Assembly (NCBI GenBank): GCA_964016885.1
Contig: OZ024764.1
Coordinates: 11,222,001-11,286,000, forward strand
DNA: 64,000 bases
From: Eledone cirrhosa
Lineage: Eukaryota
Direction of reading: 5' to 3'
Part shown: positions 10,982 through 25,039 of the stretch, one piece after another
Numbering within the stretch: position 1 is the first letter of the stretch
How the letters are laid out: every line of letters starts with the position of its first letter
Made by a program: the position numbers and the translations under genes
Notes under the pieces: generated by a model
The model's input: the letters and a program-made list of their open reading frames with translations, nothing else
Told to the model about the DNA's origin: nothing
Database searches by the model: none

Positions 10982-10990
<9 letters not shown>
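10410..10990 (+). mobile_element. Probable Penelope-like element 3' relic with decayed hammerhead
   Basis: Frameshifted RLRET..K(I/N)KEWHPILN (~10632-10678) resembles the GIY-YIG C-terminal E..I....P.LN motif. Downstream CTGATGA-TTTC-taaa-GAAT-GAAAC-agtt-CTA at 10858-10888. Confidence 0.4.
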
Positions 10991-11441
<451 letters not shown>

Positions 11442-11524
11442 TCTCTTTGAAATGAAATCCGATTCAAGACTCCTTTTCACGGAACACTGCATATTGATAG
11501 TATTACTGGAAATAGACAAGTAAA

Positions 11525-11597
11525 TTTGATTGGCTGATAGATGCCTGCAAGGCATCAGTTGATTGGCTAATCCACTTTTTCTCTCGACCAATCAAAT
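11525..11597. promoter_or_regulatory. Triple CCAAT-box cluster
   Basis: TGATTGGCT at 11527 and 11560 (33 bp apart), ACCAATCA at 11587; palindrome GATGCCT-gca-AGGCATC between the first two. Confidence 0.35.
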
Positions 11598-11968
11598 TAA
11601 AAGCAGCGAAGCGTAAAAACAAAATGTTATGAGGAAAGGGACCACAAAACAAGGTTGCGGGGGGTGGGGTAGAGACAGAAAAAGGATGATAAATATTTGG
11701 GGGTGGGGAGTGACATGGAAGTGGGTGTGGTGGCAGTGGTGTTGATGATGATGATGATTGTGGTGGTGGTGGCATTGATGTTTATGGTGGTGATGGTAGT
11801 AGAGGTGTTGTGTTGTTGGTGGCGGTGATGTTTTTGCTGTTGGTGGTGGTGATGTTTATATAATTATATATATACAGAGAGATGGAGAGAGAGAGAGAAA
11901 AGAGTCAGGACCCCGACGGCTGAGCTCCGGCCATTACGACAGCTAGATCCGAACTAAGCCCCCAGTAG

Positions 11969-14268
11969 CTTTCCTGAGACATTCTAACCACATGCCCATA
12001 GTATCAGGAAAGAATCTCTGAATTGAGAGATCACAGCTCTGAGACATTCTAACGACATGTCTATAGTATCAGAGCTGTGATCTCTCAATTCAGAGATTCT
12101 TTCCTGAGACATTCTAACCACATGTCTGTAGTATCAGAGCTGTGATCTCTCAATTCAGAGATTCTTTCCTGAGACATTCTAACCACATGTCTGTAGTATC
12201 AGAGCTGTGATCTCTCAATTCAGAGATTCTTTCCTGAGACATTCTAACCACATGTCTGTAGTATCAGAGCTGTGATCTCTCAATTCAGAGATTCTTTCCT
12301 GAGACATTCTAACCACATGTCTGTAGTATCAGAGCTGTGATCTCTCAATTCAGACATTATTTCGTGAGACATTCTAACCACATGTCTGTAGTATCAGAGC
12401 TGTGATCTCTCAATTCAGAGATTCTTTCCTGAGACATACTAACCACATGTTTGTAGTATCAGAGCTGTGATCTCTCAATTCAGAGATTCTTTTCTGAGAC
12501 ATTCTAACCACATGTCTGTAGTATCAGAGCTGTGATCTCTCAATTCAGAGATTCTTTCCTGAGACATTCTAACCACATGTCTGTAGTATAAGAGCTGTGA
12601 TCTCTCAATTCAGAGATTATTTCGTGAGACATTCTAACCCCATGTCTGTAGTATCAGAGCTGTGATCTCTCAATTCAGAGATTATTTCGTGAGACATTCT
12701 AACCACATGTCTGTAGTATCAGAGCTGTGATCTCTCAATTCAGAGATTCTTTCCTGAGACATTCTAACCACATGTCTGTAGTATCAGAGCTGTGATCTCT
12801 CAATTCAGAGATTCTTTCCTGAGACATTCTAACCACATGTCTGTAGTATAAGAGCTGTGATCTCTCAATTCAGAGATTCTTTCCTGAGACATTCTAACCA
12901 CATGTCTGTAGTATCAGAGCTGTGATCTCTCAATTCACAGATTCTTTCCTGAGACATTCTAACCACATGTCTGTAGTATCAGAGCTGTGATCTCTCAATT
13001 CAGAGATTCTTTCCTGAGACATTCTAACCACATGTCTGTAGTATCAGAGCTGTGATCTCTCAATTCAGAGATTCTTTCCTGAGACATTCTAACCACATGT
13101 CTGTAGTATAAGAGCTGTGATCTCTCAATTCAGAGATTCTTTCCTGAGACATTCTAACCACATGTCTGTAGTATCAGAGCTGTGATCTCTCAATTCAGAG
13201 ATTCTTTCCTGAGACATTCTAACCACATGTCTGTAGTATCAGAGCTGTGATCTCTCAATTCAGAGATTCTTTCCTGAGACATTCTAACCACATGTCTGTA
13301 GTATCAGAGTTGTGATCTCTCAATTCAGAGATTCTTTCCTGAGACATTCTAACCACATGTCTGTAGTATCAGAGCTGTGATCTCTCAATTCAGAGATTCT
13401 TTCCTGAGACATTCTAACGACATGTCTGTAGTATAAGAGCTGTGATCTCTCAATTCAGAGATTCTTTCCTGAGACATTTTAACCACATCTCTGTAGTATC
13501 AGAGCTGTGATATCTCAATTCAGAGATTCTTTCCTGAGACATTCTAACCACATGTCTGTAGTATCAGAGCTGTGATCTCTCAATTCAGAGATTCTTTCCT
13601 GATACATTCTAACCACATGTCTGTAGCATCAGAGCTGTGATCTCCCAATTCAGAGATTCTTTCCTGAGACATTCTAACCACATGTCTGTAGTATAAGAGC
13701 TGTGATCTCTCAATTCAGAGATTCTTTCCTCAGATATTTTAACCACATCTCTGTAGTATCAGAGCTGTGATCTCTCAATTCAGAGATTCTTTCCTGAGAC
13801 ATTCTAACCACATGTCTGTAGTATAAGAGCTGTGATCTCTCAATTCAGAGATTCTTTCCTGAGACATTCTAACCACATGTCTGTAGTATCAGAGCTGTGA
13901 TCTCTCAATTCAGAGATTCTTTCCTGAGACATTCTAACCACATGTCTATAGTATCAGAGCTGTGATCTCTCAATTCAGAGGTTCTTTCCTGAGACATTCT
14001 AACCACATGTCTGTAGTATCAGAACTGTGATCTCTCAATTCAGAGGTTGTTTCCTCAGACATTCTAACCACATGTCTGTAGTATCAGAGCTGTGGTCTCT
14101 CAATTCGGAGATTCTTTCCTGAGACATTCTAACCACATGTCTGTAGTATCAGAACTGTGATCTCTCAATTCAGAGGTTCTTTCCTCAGACATTCTAACCA
14201 CATGTCTGTAGTATCAGAGCTGTGATCTCTCAATTCAGAGGTTCTTTCCTGAGACATTCTAACCACAT
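11969..14268. repeat. Second array of the 65-bp RTE-derived satellite (~35 units)
   Basis: Same unit and orientation as 4385-5262; period 65 (catgtctgta at 12121, 12186). Confidence 0.97.
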
Positions 14269-14279
14269 GATAAATAATG

Positions 14280-15385
14280 GCATGAAGGAGGAGAAGGAAG
14301 AATAGTAGGAGGAAAAGAGGAGGTAGAAAAGATGGAGGTGAAGAAAGAATGATGGAGTAAGAAGAATGATAGAGGAATAAGGAGACGGAGACTGATAGAA
14401 GAAGACTGAAAGAGGAAGAAGAAGAAGAATGATAGAGGAAGAAGAAGAATACAGAAGAATGATAGAGGAAGAAGCAGAAGAATACAGAAGAATGATAGAG
14501 GAAGAAGAAGAATACAGAAGAATGATAGAAGAAGAAGCAGAAGAATACAGAAGAATGATAGAGGAAGAAGAAGAATACAGAAGAATGATAGAGGAAGAAG
14601 CAGAAGAATACAGAAGAATGATAGAGGAAGAAGAAGAATACAGAAGAATGATAGAGGAAGAAGAAGAATACAGAAGAATGATAGAGGAAGAAGCAGAAGA
14701 ATACAGAAGAATGATAGAGGAAGAAGCAGAAGAATACAGAAGAATGATAGAGGAAGAAGCAGAAGAATACAGAAGAATGATAGAGGAAGAAGCAGAAGAA
14801 TACAGAAGAATGATAGAGGAAGAAGCAGAAGAATACAGAAGAATGATAGAGGAAGAAGCAGAAGAATACAGAAGAATGATAGAGGAAGAAGCAGAAGAAT
14901 ACAGAAGAATGATAGAGGAAGAAGCAGAAGAATACAGAAGAATGATAAAAGAAGAAGAAGAAGAATACAGAAGAATGATAAAAGAAGCAGAAGAATGATA
15001 GAAGAAGAATGATAGAGGAAGAAGCAGAAGAATGATAGAAGAAGAATGATAGCAGCAGAATACAGAAGATTGATAGAGGAGGAAGAAGAAGAATGATAAA
15101 AGAAGAATGATAGTAGAAGAAGAAGAATGATAAAAGAAGAATGATAGTAGAAGAAGAAGAAGAAGAATGATAAAAGAAGAATGATAGTAGAAGAAGAAGA
15201 AGAAGAATGATAAAAGAAGAAGAATGATAGTAGAAGAAGAAGAATGATAAAAGAAGAAGAATGATAGTAGAAGGATAAAAGAAGAAGAATGATAGAGGAA
15301 GAAGTGGAATGAAGAACAAGAATACAGAAGAATGATAGAGGAAAGAAAAAGGAAGAAGGAGAAGAATGGAGATGAAGGAAAGAGT
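14280..15385. repeat. GAA-based minisatellite with 30/33-bp higher-order units
   Basis: gaatgatagaggaagaa(gca)gaagaatacagaa repeated over 14427-14990, with degenerate (GAA)n flanks. Confidence 0.92.
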
Positions 15386-15539
15386 GTAGTAAAAGTTGTA
15401 ATGTACCCCAAAGCTACTGCTTTCTTTCATAATCACTTGAAAATTTTCTCCTAAATTATTGTTGTTGTTGTTATTATTGTTGTGGTGGTTGTTGTTGTTA
15501 TAATATTCTCTATCTCTCTATTTCTCTCTCTCTCTCTTA

Positions 15540-15819
15540 TATACAGTATATAGGTATGTGGATATATGCATGTATATATATTCATGTGTATATATATATA
15601 TATATATGTGTGTGTGTAAGTGTGAATATATACACACACATATATATATATATATTGTACACACACACACACACACACACACACGTACATATATATATGT
15701 ATATATACACTTACATATATACATATACTTATATTTATCTCTCTATATATAGACACTTATATGTATATATATATACATATATATATACACACATATATAT
15801 ATACATATATATATATACT

Positions 15820-15858
<39 letters not shown>

Positions 15859-15909
15859 CATATACATATATATGCATCTAATTCATTCTTTAAAGACAAG
15901 TTATAGTGA

Positions 15910-15948
<39 letters not shown>

Positions 15949-16017
15949 TAATTCATTCTTTAAAGACAAGTTATAGTGAACATACTTAAAAACAAACACA
16001 TACATAAATACATATAT

Positions 16018-16108
<91 letters not shown>

Positions 16109-16232
16109 TGTGTATGTATATATAATATTTATTTCTCAGCAATTTTCAAAATCTTGTCTTCTGTTGCTTTAAAAAAAACACACACACACACAATGATACA
16201 AAAAATGCCTCAAAATAACAAGAATTGTTATT

Positions 16233-16271
<39 letters not shown>

Positions 16272-16414
16272 GTATAAATGTATATAAATAAATATATCTA
16301 TATGTATGTATATATATGTATATATATATATAGACGCATACATACACTTGGATATATCTATGTATTATCATTAGTTAAACGGACATTAAATTATATATAT
16401 ATACCTATACACAT

Positions 16415-16462
<48 letters not shown>

Positions 16463-16844
16463 TATACACACAAAATCTTATACAAAAGAATACTCATAAA
16501 CATACATGAAAGAGAAAACTCTACATACATACATATACACACATCCCTATACATAGATTATATAAAAATATACACATGAATATGAGATAAAAGAGCATAT
16601 ACACTCATAAAAAGCCATACAAAGACCCCTTTACACACACACACATATATATATATTTATATACATATATATACATAGATATATATATATATTTATATAC
16701 ATATATATATATTTATATATATGTATATATTTATATGTATATATATATGTATATATATATATATATATATATAATATAATATATATATATATATAATAAC
16801 CCTGTAGGAAAAAAAATGCATACATATGTAAGTAAACCAGAATA

Positions 16845-16911
<67 letters not shown>

Positions 16912-17019
16912 TACATACATATAAAACCCTTTGTAGAAAAATATACTCTCACAAACACACATACACAAACATATATATATATATATATAAATATATATGC
17001 CTTCTGCATACACAGAAAT

Positions 17020-17051
<32 letters not shown>

Positions 17052-17064
17052 GACTTTTGCATTC

Positions 17065-17130
<66 letters not shown>

Positions 17131-17931
17131 GCCTTTTGCATTTATATATATATATACTATAAAGTATGTCCATAGAATCATTTGATAATATATATACACC
17201 ATTTCCTCTCCCAATTATATATATATATGTGTGTGTGTGCATGCATATATATGCCTTTTGCATTCATATATATATATATCTATATATATCTCTCTCTATA
17301 TATATATCTATATATATATATCTATATATATAGATATATATAGATATATGAATGCAAAAGGCATATATATATATATACATATATACATGAATGCAAAAGG
17401 CATATATATATATATATATATGAATGCAAAAGGCATATATATATATATATATGAATGCAAAAGGCATATATATATATATATACATATATGTATAAAGCCC
17501 TGTACAAAAACTATATACATCCTTACATAAATAAAGTGTAAAAAAGCTCTAGACAAACATGTATAAAGCTGTGTAGAGAAGCTGACATAGAAAATACTGT
17601 TAAGTGAAGTGATAAAGCAACAATATTAATTCCACTTATCATTTTTCACTACTTCCACTTTTACCTGATGGTTATTTTAACTGTGTACCATTTCTGGTGG
17701 AATATCTCTTGTTGTTTTGTTGTTGGATGTATGTATGTATATATATATATATATTTGTGTGTGTATATATATATGTGTGTGTGTAGATATGTATATATAT
17801 ATATTTGTGTGTGTATGTGTGTATATGTATATATATATTTGTGTGTGTGTATGTATATATATGTGTGTGTTTGTATGTGTGTGTATATATGTATATATAT
17901 ATATATGTGTGTGTGTGTGCGTGTGTATATG

Positions 17932-17962
<31 letters not shown>

Positions 17963-18032
17963 ATGTATATATATGTGTGTGTGTGTATATATATATATAT
18001 ATTTGTGTGTGTATATATATATATATTTGTGT

Positions 18033-18080
<48 letters not shown>

Positions 18081-18291
18081 ATATATATGTATATATATAT
18101 ATGTGTGTATATGTGTATATATGTGTGTGTGTATATGTGTGTGCGTGTATATATATATTTGTACATGTATGAATATGTATATACATGTATGTATATAAAT
18201 ATATGGATGTATATAGATTTATGTGTGTATATATATATATATGTGTGTATATTTGTCTATATATATATAAATGTACATATATATAAATGTA

Positions 18292-18379
<88 letters not shown>

Positions 18380-18795
18380 CATGTTTGTATATGTATCTGT
18401 TTATATGTATGTGTGTGTATTTATATATATATATATATATATATAACCACACACACACACTTACATGTATATATACATATTTTATATATTTAGCAGGTTT
18501 TCATCATTTTTTTTATTTTTCCCCCTTTCCTGTTTTTAGGATTTTTAAACTCTGGTTCATATTGTTTGTGTATTTGTATTGTATATCAGGTGGTGGGCAT
18601 GGTTGGGTTGATGCTGGTGTATTGTCATTGTTATATTTAGCAAAGTTTACATTAAGCTTTTCTTTCTGAAATTCTTCTTTACAGAGCATTCTGTGTTTTT
18701 TTCTCTCCACTTCACATCTCTTTCTTAGGTGCTCTCACACAAACAGTGCATATATATGTGTAAGTATGTGTGTGTGTATATATATATATTGTATG

Positions 18796-18831
<36 letters not shown>

Positions 18832-18833
18832 TG

Positions 18834-18870
<37 letters not shown>

Positions 18871-18908
18871 CGCTAAGGTACGTGAATCTTCAATTCCTGT
18901 AGTGGCAG

Positions 18909-18944
<36 letters not shown>

Positions 18945-19151
18945 TATATATATATATATACACACATATATATATATATATATACACACATATATATATA
19001 CACATATATATATATATATATAAACATATATATATATAAACATATATATATATAAACATATATATATATACACATATATATATACACATATATATATATA
19101 TACACATATATATATATATATAAACATATATATATATATACATATATATAT

Positions 19152-19200
<49 letters not shown>

Positions 19201-19295
19201 TACATACATATATACATACATATATACATACATATATATATATACATATATATTTATACACAAACACACACACACACATGTGTATATATATATTT
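15540..19295. repeat. Long compound (TA/CA/TG)n microsatellite region with short unique spacers
   Basis: Direct inspection. Confidence 0.9.
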
Positions 19296-19582
19296 ACGGT
19301 ATCTTTGTAGGTAACTGTAGTTATAGGTGGTTTGCTGGTTAAAGCACTCAACGCTGATGAAGCACTCAACGCTGATGAAGCACTCAATGCTCATATGAGG
19401 CTCCATCCCATGTGCAGTTTATATTTCAGTGTACCCCAGGATTAAAGCAGCTATAATATGATGCAGGTGGTAACTACAAGTAGGAACAAAGTCAAGTTTG
19501 CATCATAAATAAACCTTAGTAGCATATGACAATTGTATTGATCAGCTCAGGGTTCAATCAAAATGATCAAGGTCCTACTCTG

Positions 19583-19923
19583 ATCATCATCATTATCATC
19601 ATCATTTTACGTCCGCTTTTCCCTGCTTGCAAGAGTGGGACAGGTCCTATTCAGCACAGCATCTCTCCACTTGTCACGGCCCTTCGTCATCTCCTCCGTG
19701 AGTTTCTGCGATCTGAGGTCTGCTCTCACAGCCTCCGCCCATGTTTTTCATCGTCTTCCTTCCACTGGGATTTCTCGGCACTTCTTTACCCAGCGGTCAT
19801 CCTCCATGCGCATCACATGTCCATACCATCTCAGTCTCCTCTCCCGCACACCACAACTTATCCCTCTTATACCCAGTTTCTTTCTCAACTCGTCTATGCT
19901 TGGTCGTTCACACACATTGACAT
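19583..19923 (-). mobile_element. RTE-clade LINE 3' end sharing its tail with SINE family A
   Basis: Minus strand ELRKKLGIRGISCGVRERRLRWYGHVMRMEDDRWVKKC...KTWAEAVRADL...RDKWR, ending cccactcttgcaagcagggaaaagcggacgtaaaatgatgat. Confidence 0.9.
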
Positions 19924-19976
19924 TAAAATAGATATAAAAGTTTTAACTGTTTATTATTTTTCTTATATATACATAG

Positions 19977-20014
<38 letters not shown>

Positions 20015-20167
20015 ATGGCGCCATAACCTCCGATGTAGTCCAGAGGGTGCTGTTGCGACATACAGCTTCTCATGGGCACATTTTAAACATGGCAGTGTCA
20101 ATCCCCTTTTCATGTCTCAATATATATGATGATTTGCTAAATTTATTTTTCTTTTTTTCCATTTCAG

Positions 20168-20213
20168 ATGATTCATAAACAGCACAAGACTTTTCAAAAG
20201 AAATTCAACTAAG
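20168..20213 (+). other. Candidate 46-nt exon (non-coding, uORF-bearing or stop-containing)
   Basis: gctaaat branch-like motif, ttattttctttttttccatttcAG acceptor, AAG|GTAAGC donor. Reads ATG...TAA (MIHKQHKTFQKKFN*); other frames closed. Confidence 0.55.
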
Positions 20214-20266
20214 GTAAGCAAGTTCTGTTACCCATTTCAATTTTAAATATATTTTTTTAGTAATGA

Positions 20267-20733
20267 CTAGCAGTGGTACCTGCGTTGCATGGGATAAGGT
20301 ATTTTGGAACGCGTGCTGCCAACAGACCTAATCGTGGAAAAACTGCATACCTGGACAATATGTAAAGAAAATAAACTGAATACTCTGATGGCTGGATAAT
20401 CTTTAAGATTTTCCTCGATGAAGCAGGAAAAATGCTGGTTTTCACCTAATGCGGGCTGTAGGGATCAAGAAAATGAATTTTTTTTTATGTGCATAATATG
20501 CCTTGAAATTTCGGGAAAATCGACTAGACGTAACGCCTCAAAAAAGCCCTAAAAAGCTGAAAAAATGAAGTTTTTTTTTATTGTGCATAACACTCCCTGA
20601 AACATAAGTAATACACATGTAAAGTTTTAATAACTTTAATAAAATTTTAAAATCGGTTGGGTACTTCTTGAGTTTTAGGGATTCAAACTCACACACACAC
20701 ACATACAGACATCCTCAGTTTTATATATATAGA
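20267..20733 (-). mobile_element. Non-autonomous Helitron
   Basis: Minus strand A|TCTATATATATAAAA 5' end, subterminal (TG)n, decayed GC hairpin cccatgcaacgcagg and CTAG|T 3' end; no TSD. Confidence 0.75.
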
Positions 20734-20899
20734 TAATACAGTGCAGCCTCTTCCTTACATGTAATTCCCTTGCCCCAAATATCCTCTTATTGGTATTTGT
20801 CTTTCAAAAGTGTTTGTATATCATGTTATGGTGTAATAAAAACAACAACAACATCAACAGCAACATAAGGAAAATTCCCATTAGACTCACTGATAATTA

Positions 20900-21315
20900 C
20901 TTTAAGAGTTGTATCTATCGACATATTCATTCATTCCGAAATTCAGAAACAGATTTTAAATATTCCTATTTCCGTATATTTGTTTTTTTAAAGAAACAAG
21001 TTTATAGGAATTTAAAATCAAATAGTCCAGCCTGGAAAATACTTTCTTATATGTTCATGACAACTTTCATTTATATTCTTTCGTCCACTACACAAGATTC
21101 ATCACTAAAGGTAAGTGTAGGCATGACTACCAAATTGAAATTATGTTGTAAATCATAGTTTAGTAAAAAGTTATTCCTTTCAGCGATGTATTTGTTTTGT
21201 AAGGTTTTTGAAATGAAATCATGTGTTGAAACAGATATGGCTGGTTTGAACAGAAAGAGGTGAGAGAATTCTGGCCAGATATGGCCAGTTTGAACAGAAA
21301 GAGGTGAGGGAATTC
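20900..21315. mobile_element. Degenerate MITE fragment related to the TTAA MITE right end
   Basis: gtttgaacagaaagaggtgagagaattctggcc (duplicated, 21244-21315) matches 1922-1953 and 48549-48581. Left boundary uncertain. Confidence 0.5.
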
Positions 21316-21399
21316 ATCATCATCATCATCATCACTAGCATGGGTTAGACGGGTTGTCCTGTTGTGGGCAGTGTCTGGTCGGCTGACCTTGTCTTGCTC

Positions 21400-22085
21400 A
21401 TACAGGAACTGATTCTGGCTTGATTTCTACAGCTGGATGCCCTTCCTAACACCAACCGCATTTACAGTGAGTGCTGGGTGCTCTTTTCCGTGGCGCCTAC
21501 ACATCCACTTTATAGTGTGGGCTGGGTGCTTTTTTGCCGTGGCACCTCCACGACCACTTTGCAGTGGTCGTAAATAGCTGGATAAAATCCTTCTCTTAAT
21601 GCTTACCTGTGTTTTCTCTTTTATACTTTATACTCCAAGATTGAACGGAATTCTTACAAACTTGTGGAGTTACCCCTAACCGTACGTTGAAACCATCCAT
21701 GAAACTGGCTTTCTTAACCACGAACTGGATCACAAAAAGCAATTTTCTGCTTCCCTAACTATATCATCATTTCATTTTACGTCCGCTTTTTCCTTGCTTG
21801 CAAGGGTGGGACGGGAACTGATTCTGGCTTGATTTCTACAGCTGGATGCCCTTCCTAACACCAACCTCATTTACAGTGAGTGCTGGGTGCTTTTTTGCTG
21901 TGGCACCTCCACGACCACTTTGCAGTGGAATGATAGGGACCCCAGTCCCTATCATCTCATTTCTACAGCTGAGTAAACTGGAGCAATGTGAAATAAAGTG
22001 TCTTGCTCAAGGAAACAACACATCACCCGGTCTGAGAATTGAACTCACAACCTTTCGATTGCAAGGCCAATGCTCTAACCAAGCC
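21400..22085 (-). mobile_element. Two SINE family A copies (partial 21400-21570; near-complete 21765-22085)
   Basis: Reverse complement of 478-862 at high identity. Confidence 0.9.
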
Positions 22086-22384
22086 ATATATATATACATA
22101 TATATATATACACGCCTATATATATATATATATATATATACATATATACATACATATGTATGCATACATATGTATGTAAACACACACACCCACCTACACA
22201 CACACACATATATATACACACACACACGCATTGTTCTTCCACACAGTATCCATCTATCAGCTTTTACACACAGAGGGCATTGGTCAACCTGAGGCTATAG
22301 TGGATGGAGTGACTTGCTCAAGGTGGCACCACACAGAGAGGTTGGACCTCCAGGGATGTTGTTTTGAAGCCATGTCAACTAGCA

Positions 22385-23840
22385 GCATCATCATCATCAC
22401 CATCATTATCAACACTACCATCATTATTGCCATCATCATCATCACCACCGTCATTATTGCAACCATCATCACAACCATCACCGTCATTATTGCAGCCATC
22501 ATCACCATCATCACCGTCATTATTGCAACCATCATCACCATCATCACCATCATCATCACTATCACAATCATCATTATTGCCACCATTGCTGCTGCTGCTG
22601 CTGTTGTTGCTGCTGCACCATGGCCACAATCACCATCACCACTGACACCACCACCACCACCACCACCACCACCATCACTGACACCAGCACCACCACCACT
22701 ATGGCCACAATCACCACCACCACCACCATCACTGACACCATCACCACCACCATGGCCACAATCACCACCACCATCACTGACACCATCACCACCACCATGG
22801 CCACAATCACCACCACCACCACCATCACTGACACCATCACCACCACCATGGCCACAATCACCACCACCACCACCATCACTGACACCATCACCACCACCAT
22901 GGCCACAATCACCACCACCACCACCATCACTGACACCATCACCACCACCATGGCCACAATCACCACCACCACCACCATCACTGACACCATCACCACCACC
23001 ACCATCACTGACACCACCACCACCACCACCATCACTGACACCACCACCACCACCACCACTATGGCCACAATCACCACCACCACCATCACTGACACCATCA
23101 CCACCACCATGGCCACAATCACCACCACCACCACCATCACTGACACCATCACCACCACCATGGCCACAATCACCACCACCACCACCATCACTGACACCAT
23201 CACCACCACCATGGCCACAATCACCACCACCACCACCATCACTGACACCATCACCACCACCACCATCACTGACACCACCACCACCACCACCATCACTGAC
23301 ACCACCACCACCACCACCACTATGGCCACAATCACCACCACCACCATCACTGACACCATCACCACCACCGACACCATCACCACTACCATGGCCACAATCA
23401 CCACCACCACCACTATGGCCACAATCACCACCACCACCATCACTGACACCATCACCACCACCGACACCATCACCACCACCATGGCCACAATCACCACCAC
23501 CACCACTATGGCCACAATAACCACCACCACAACCACCACCACCACCAAAGCCACAATCACCACCACCACCATCATGGCCACAATCACCACTACCACCACC
23601 ATGGCCACAATCACCACCAGCACCACTGACACTCTCTCCACCACTATGCCACCATCACTATAATCATCATCACCAGCTGTACCACCACCACCACCACCAC
23701 CACCACCACCACTACTACTACTATTATTATTAGTATTCCTCACCTGTTGCTGTTAAGCACTTTTCTCCACCACCACCACCACCACCACCACCACCACCAC
23801 CACCACCACCACCACCGCCACCACCACCACCACCACCACC
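22385..23840. repeat. (CAT/CAC)n tract with ~51-bp higher-order unit
   Basis: catggccacaatcaccaccaccaccaccatcactgacaccatcaccaccac repeated over 22620-23520. Confidence 0.92.
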
Positions 23841-23922
23841 TTGTTACCACACACAAACTTTCCTTTTCTTTTGCCTGCAGCCATACTATTATATATGATG
23901 TGTTTGTATGTGTGTTATCGTG

Positions 23923-23960
<38 letters not shown>

Positions 23961-24107
23961 GATGTTTTATATATATACATAAATATTAATATACATACAT
24001 ATATATATGTGTGTGTGTTTATATGTATATCCATAAATGTGTATATGTTTATATAAATATATAAAAATATATAATATATATCAGTATATATTATATATTT
24101 ATGTGTG

Positions 24108-24147
<40 letters not shown>

Positions 24148-25039
24148 TACACTAGTGTGAACACACTATCTTCAAGATAGGGTGTTTTGCATTGATATAA
24201 TTATAGTATGTACCCTGAAAGTATTTATGTGTATACATACATATATATATATATATATATACATATATATATGTATGTATGTATATATATATATGTATGT
24301 ATGTATGTATATATATGTATGTATATGTATATATACATATTAGTATATCTATATATATATACATATTAGTATATATACATATTAGTATATATACATATTA
24401 GTATATATACATATTAGTATATATACATATTAGTATATATACATATTAGTATATCTATATATATATGTATATATATATATATACTAATATATATATATAT
24501 GAATATATATATATATGTATATATATGAATATTAATATATATGTATGTGTGTATATATATATATATAATGTATGTGTGCATGTAGTTGTGTGTGTATGTA
24601 TGTGGATATGTTTGTGGGTGTGTGAAGTTGTGTGTATATATGTGTATATGTATGTGTGTGTATGTATATGTGTGTGTAGTTGTGTGTATGTATGTGTATT
24701 ATGAGTATGTATATGTATGTATGTGTGTTGTATGTATATGTGTATGTATGTGTGTGTGTATGTATATGTGTGTATGTATGTGTGTGTGTGTGTATGTATG
24801 TGTATACTTTAACATTTATCCTTCCTCCTACTTTTCCTCTCTATTTCCCTCAAACATTCTCTCCCTCTCTTTGTTTCATTTGTCCTCTCTCTCTCTCAAC
24901 ACCCCTCCCCCACTATATCTCTCTTATCCTTTCTTTCTTTCTTTCTTTTTCACACTTCCACACCTGTCCCTCTCTAGCATGTACTTCTATATTCCTACCC
25001 CTTCCTCCTTCCTTTGTCTTGTCTTTCTTTCTTTATCAC

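Noticed and set aside
14429-14998. MIEEEAEEYRR repeat ORF resembling a coiled coil
   Set aside because: Pure GAA-derived minisatellite; flanking degenerate units contain stops.
19340-19400. CTGATGA followed by a small hairpin in a 21-bp tandem repeat
   Set aside because: No GAAA box or stem III.
21100-21120. Perfect donor AAG|GTAAGT
   Set aside because: Lies in a probable MITE remnant; no convincing acceptor.
21607-21724. Minus-strand 118-nt open exon candidate (ccAG...CAG|GTAAGC; FVVKKASFMDGF...)
   Set aside because: No recognisable protein or partner exons; the plus strand resembles a decayed hammerhead-bearing repeat. Cannot be excluded without RNA-seq.
22231-23520. 429-aa Pro-rich ORF with extensin-like SPPPP repeats
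   Set aside because: Trinucleotide-based minisatellite open in several frames on both strands; begins in a decayed SINE; no credible gene structure.
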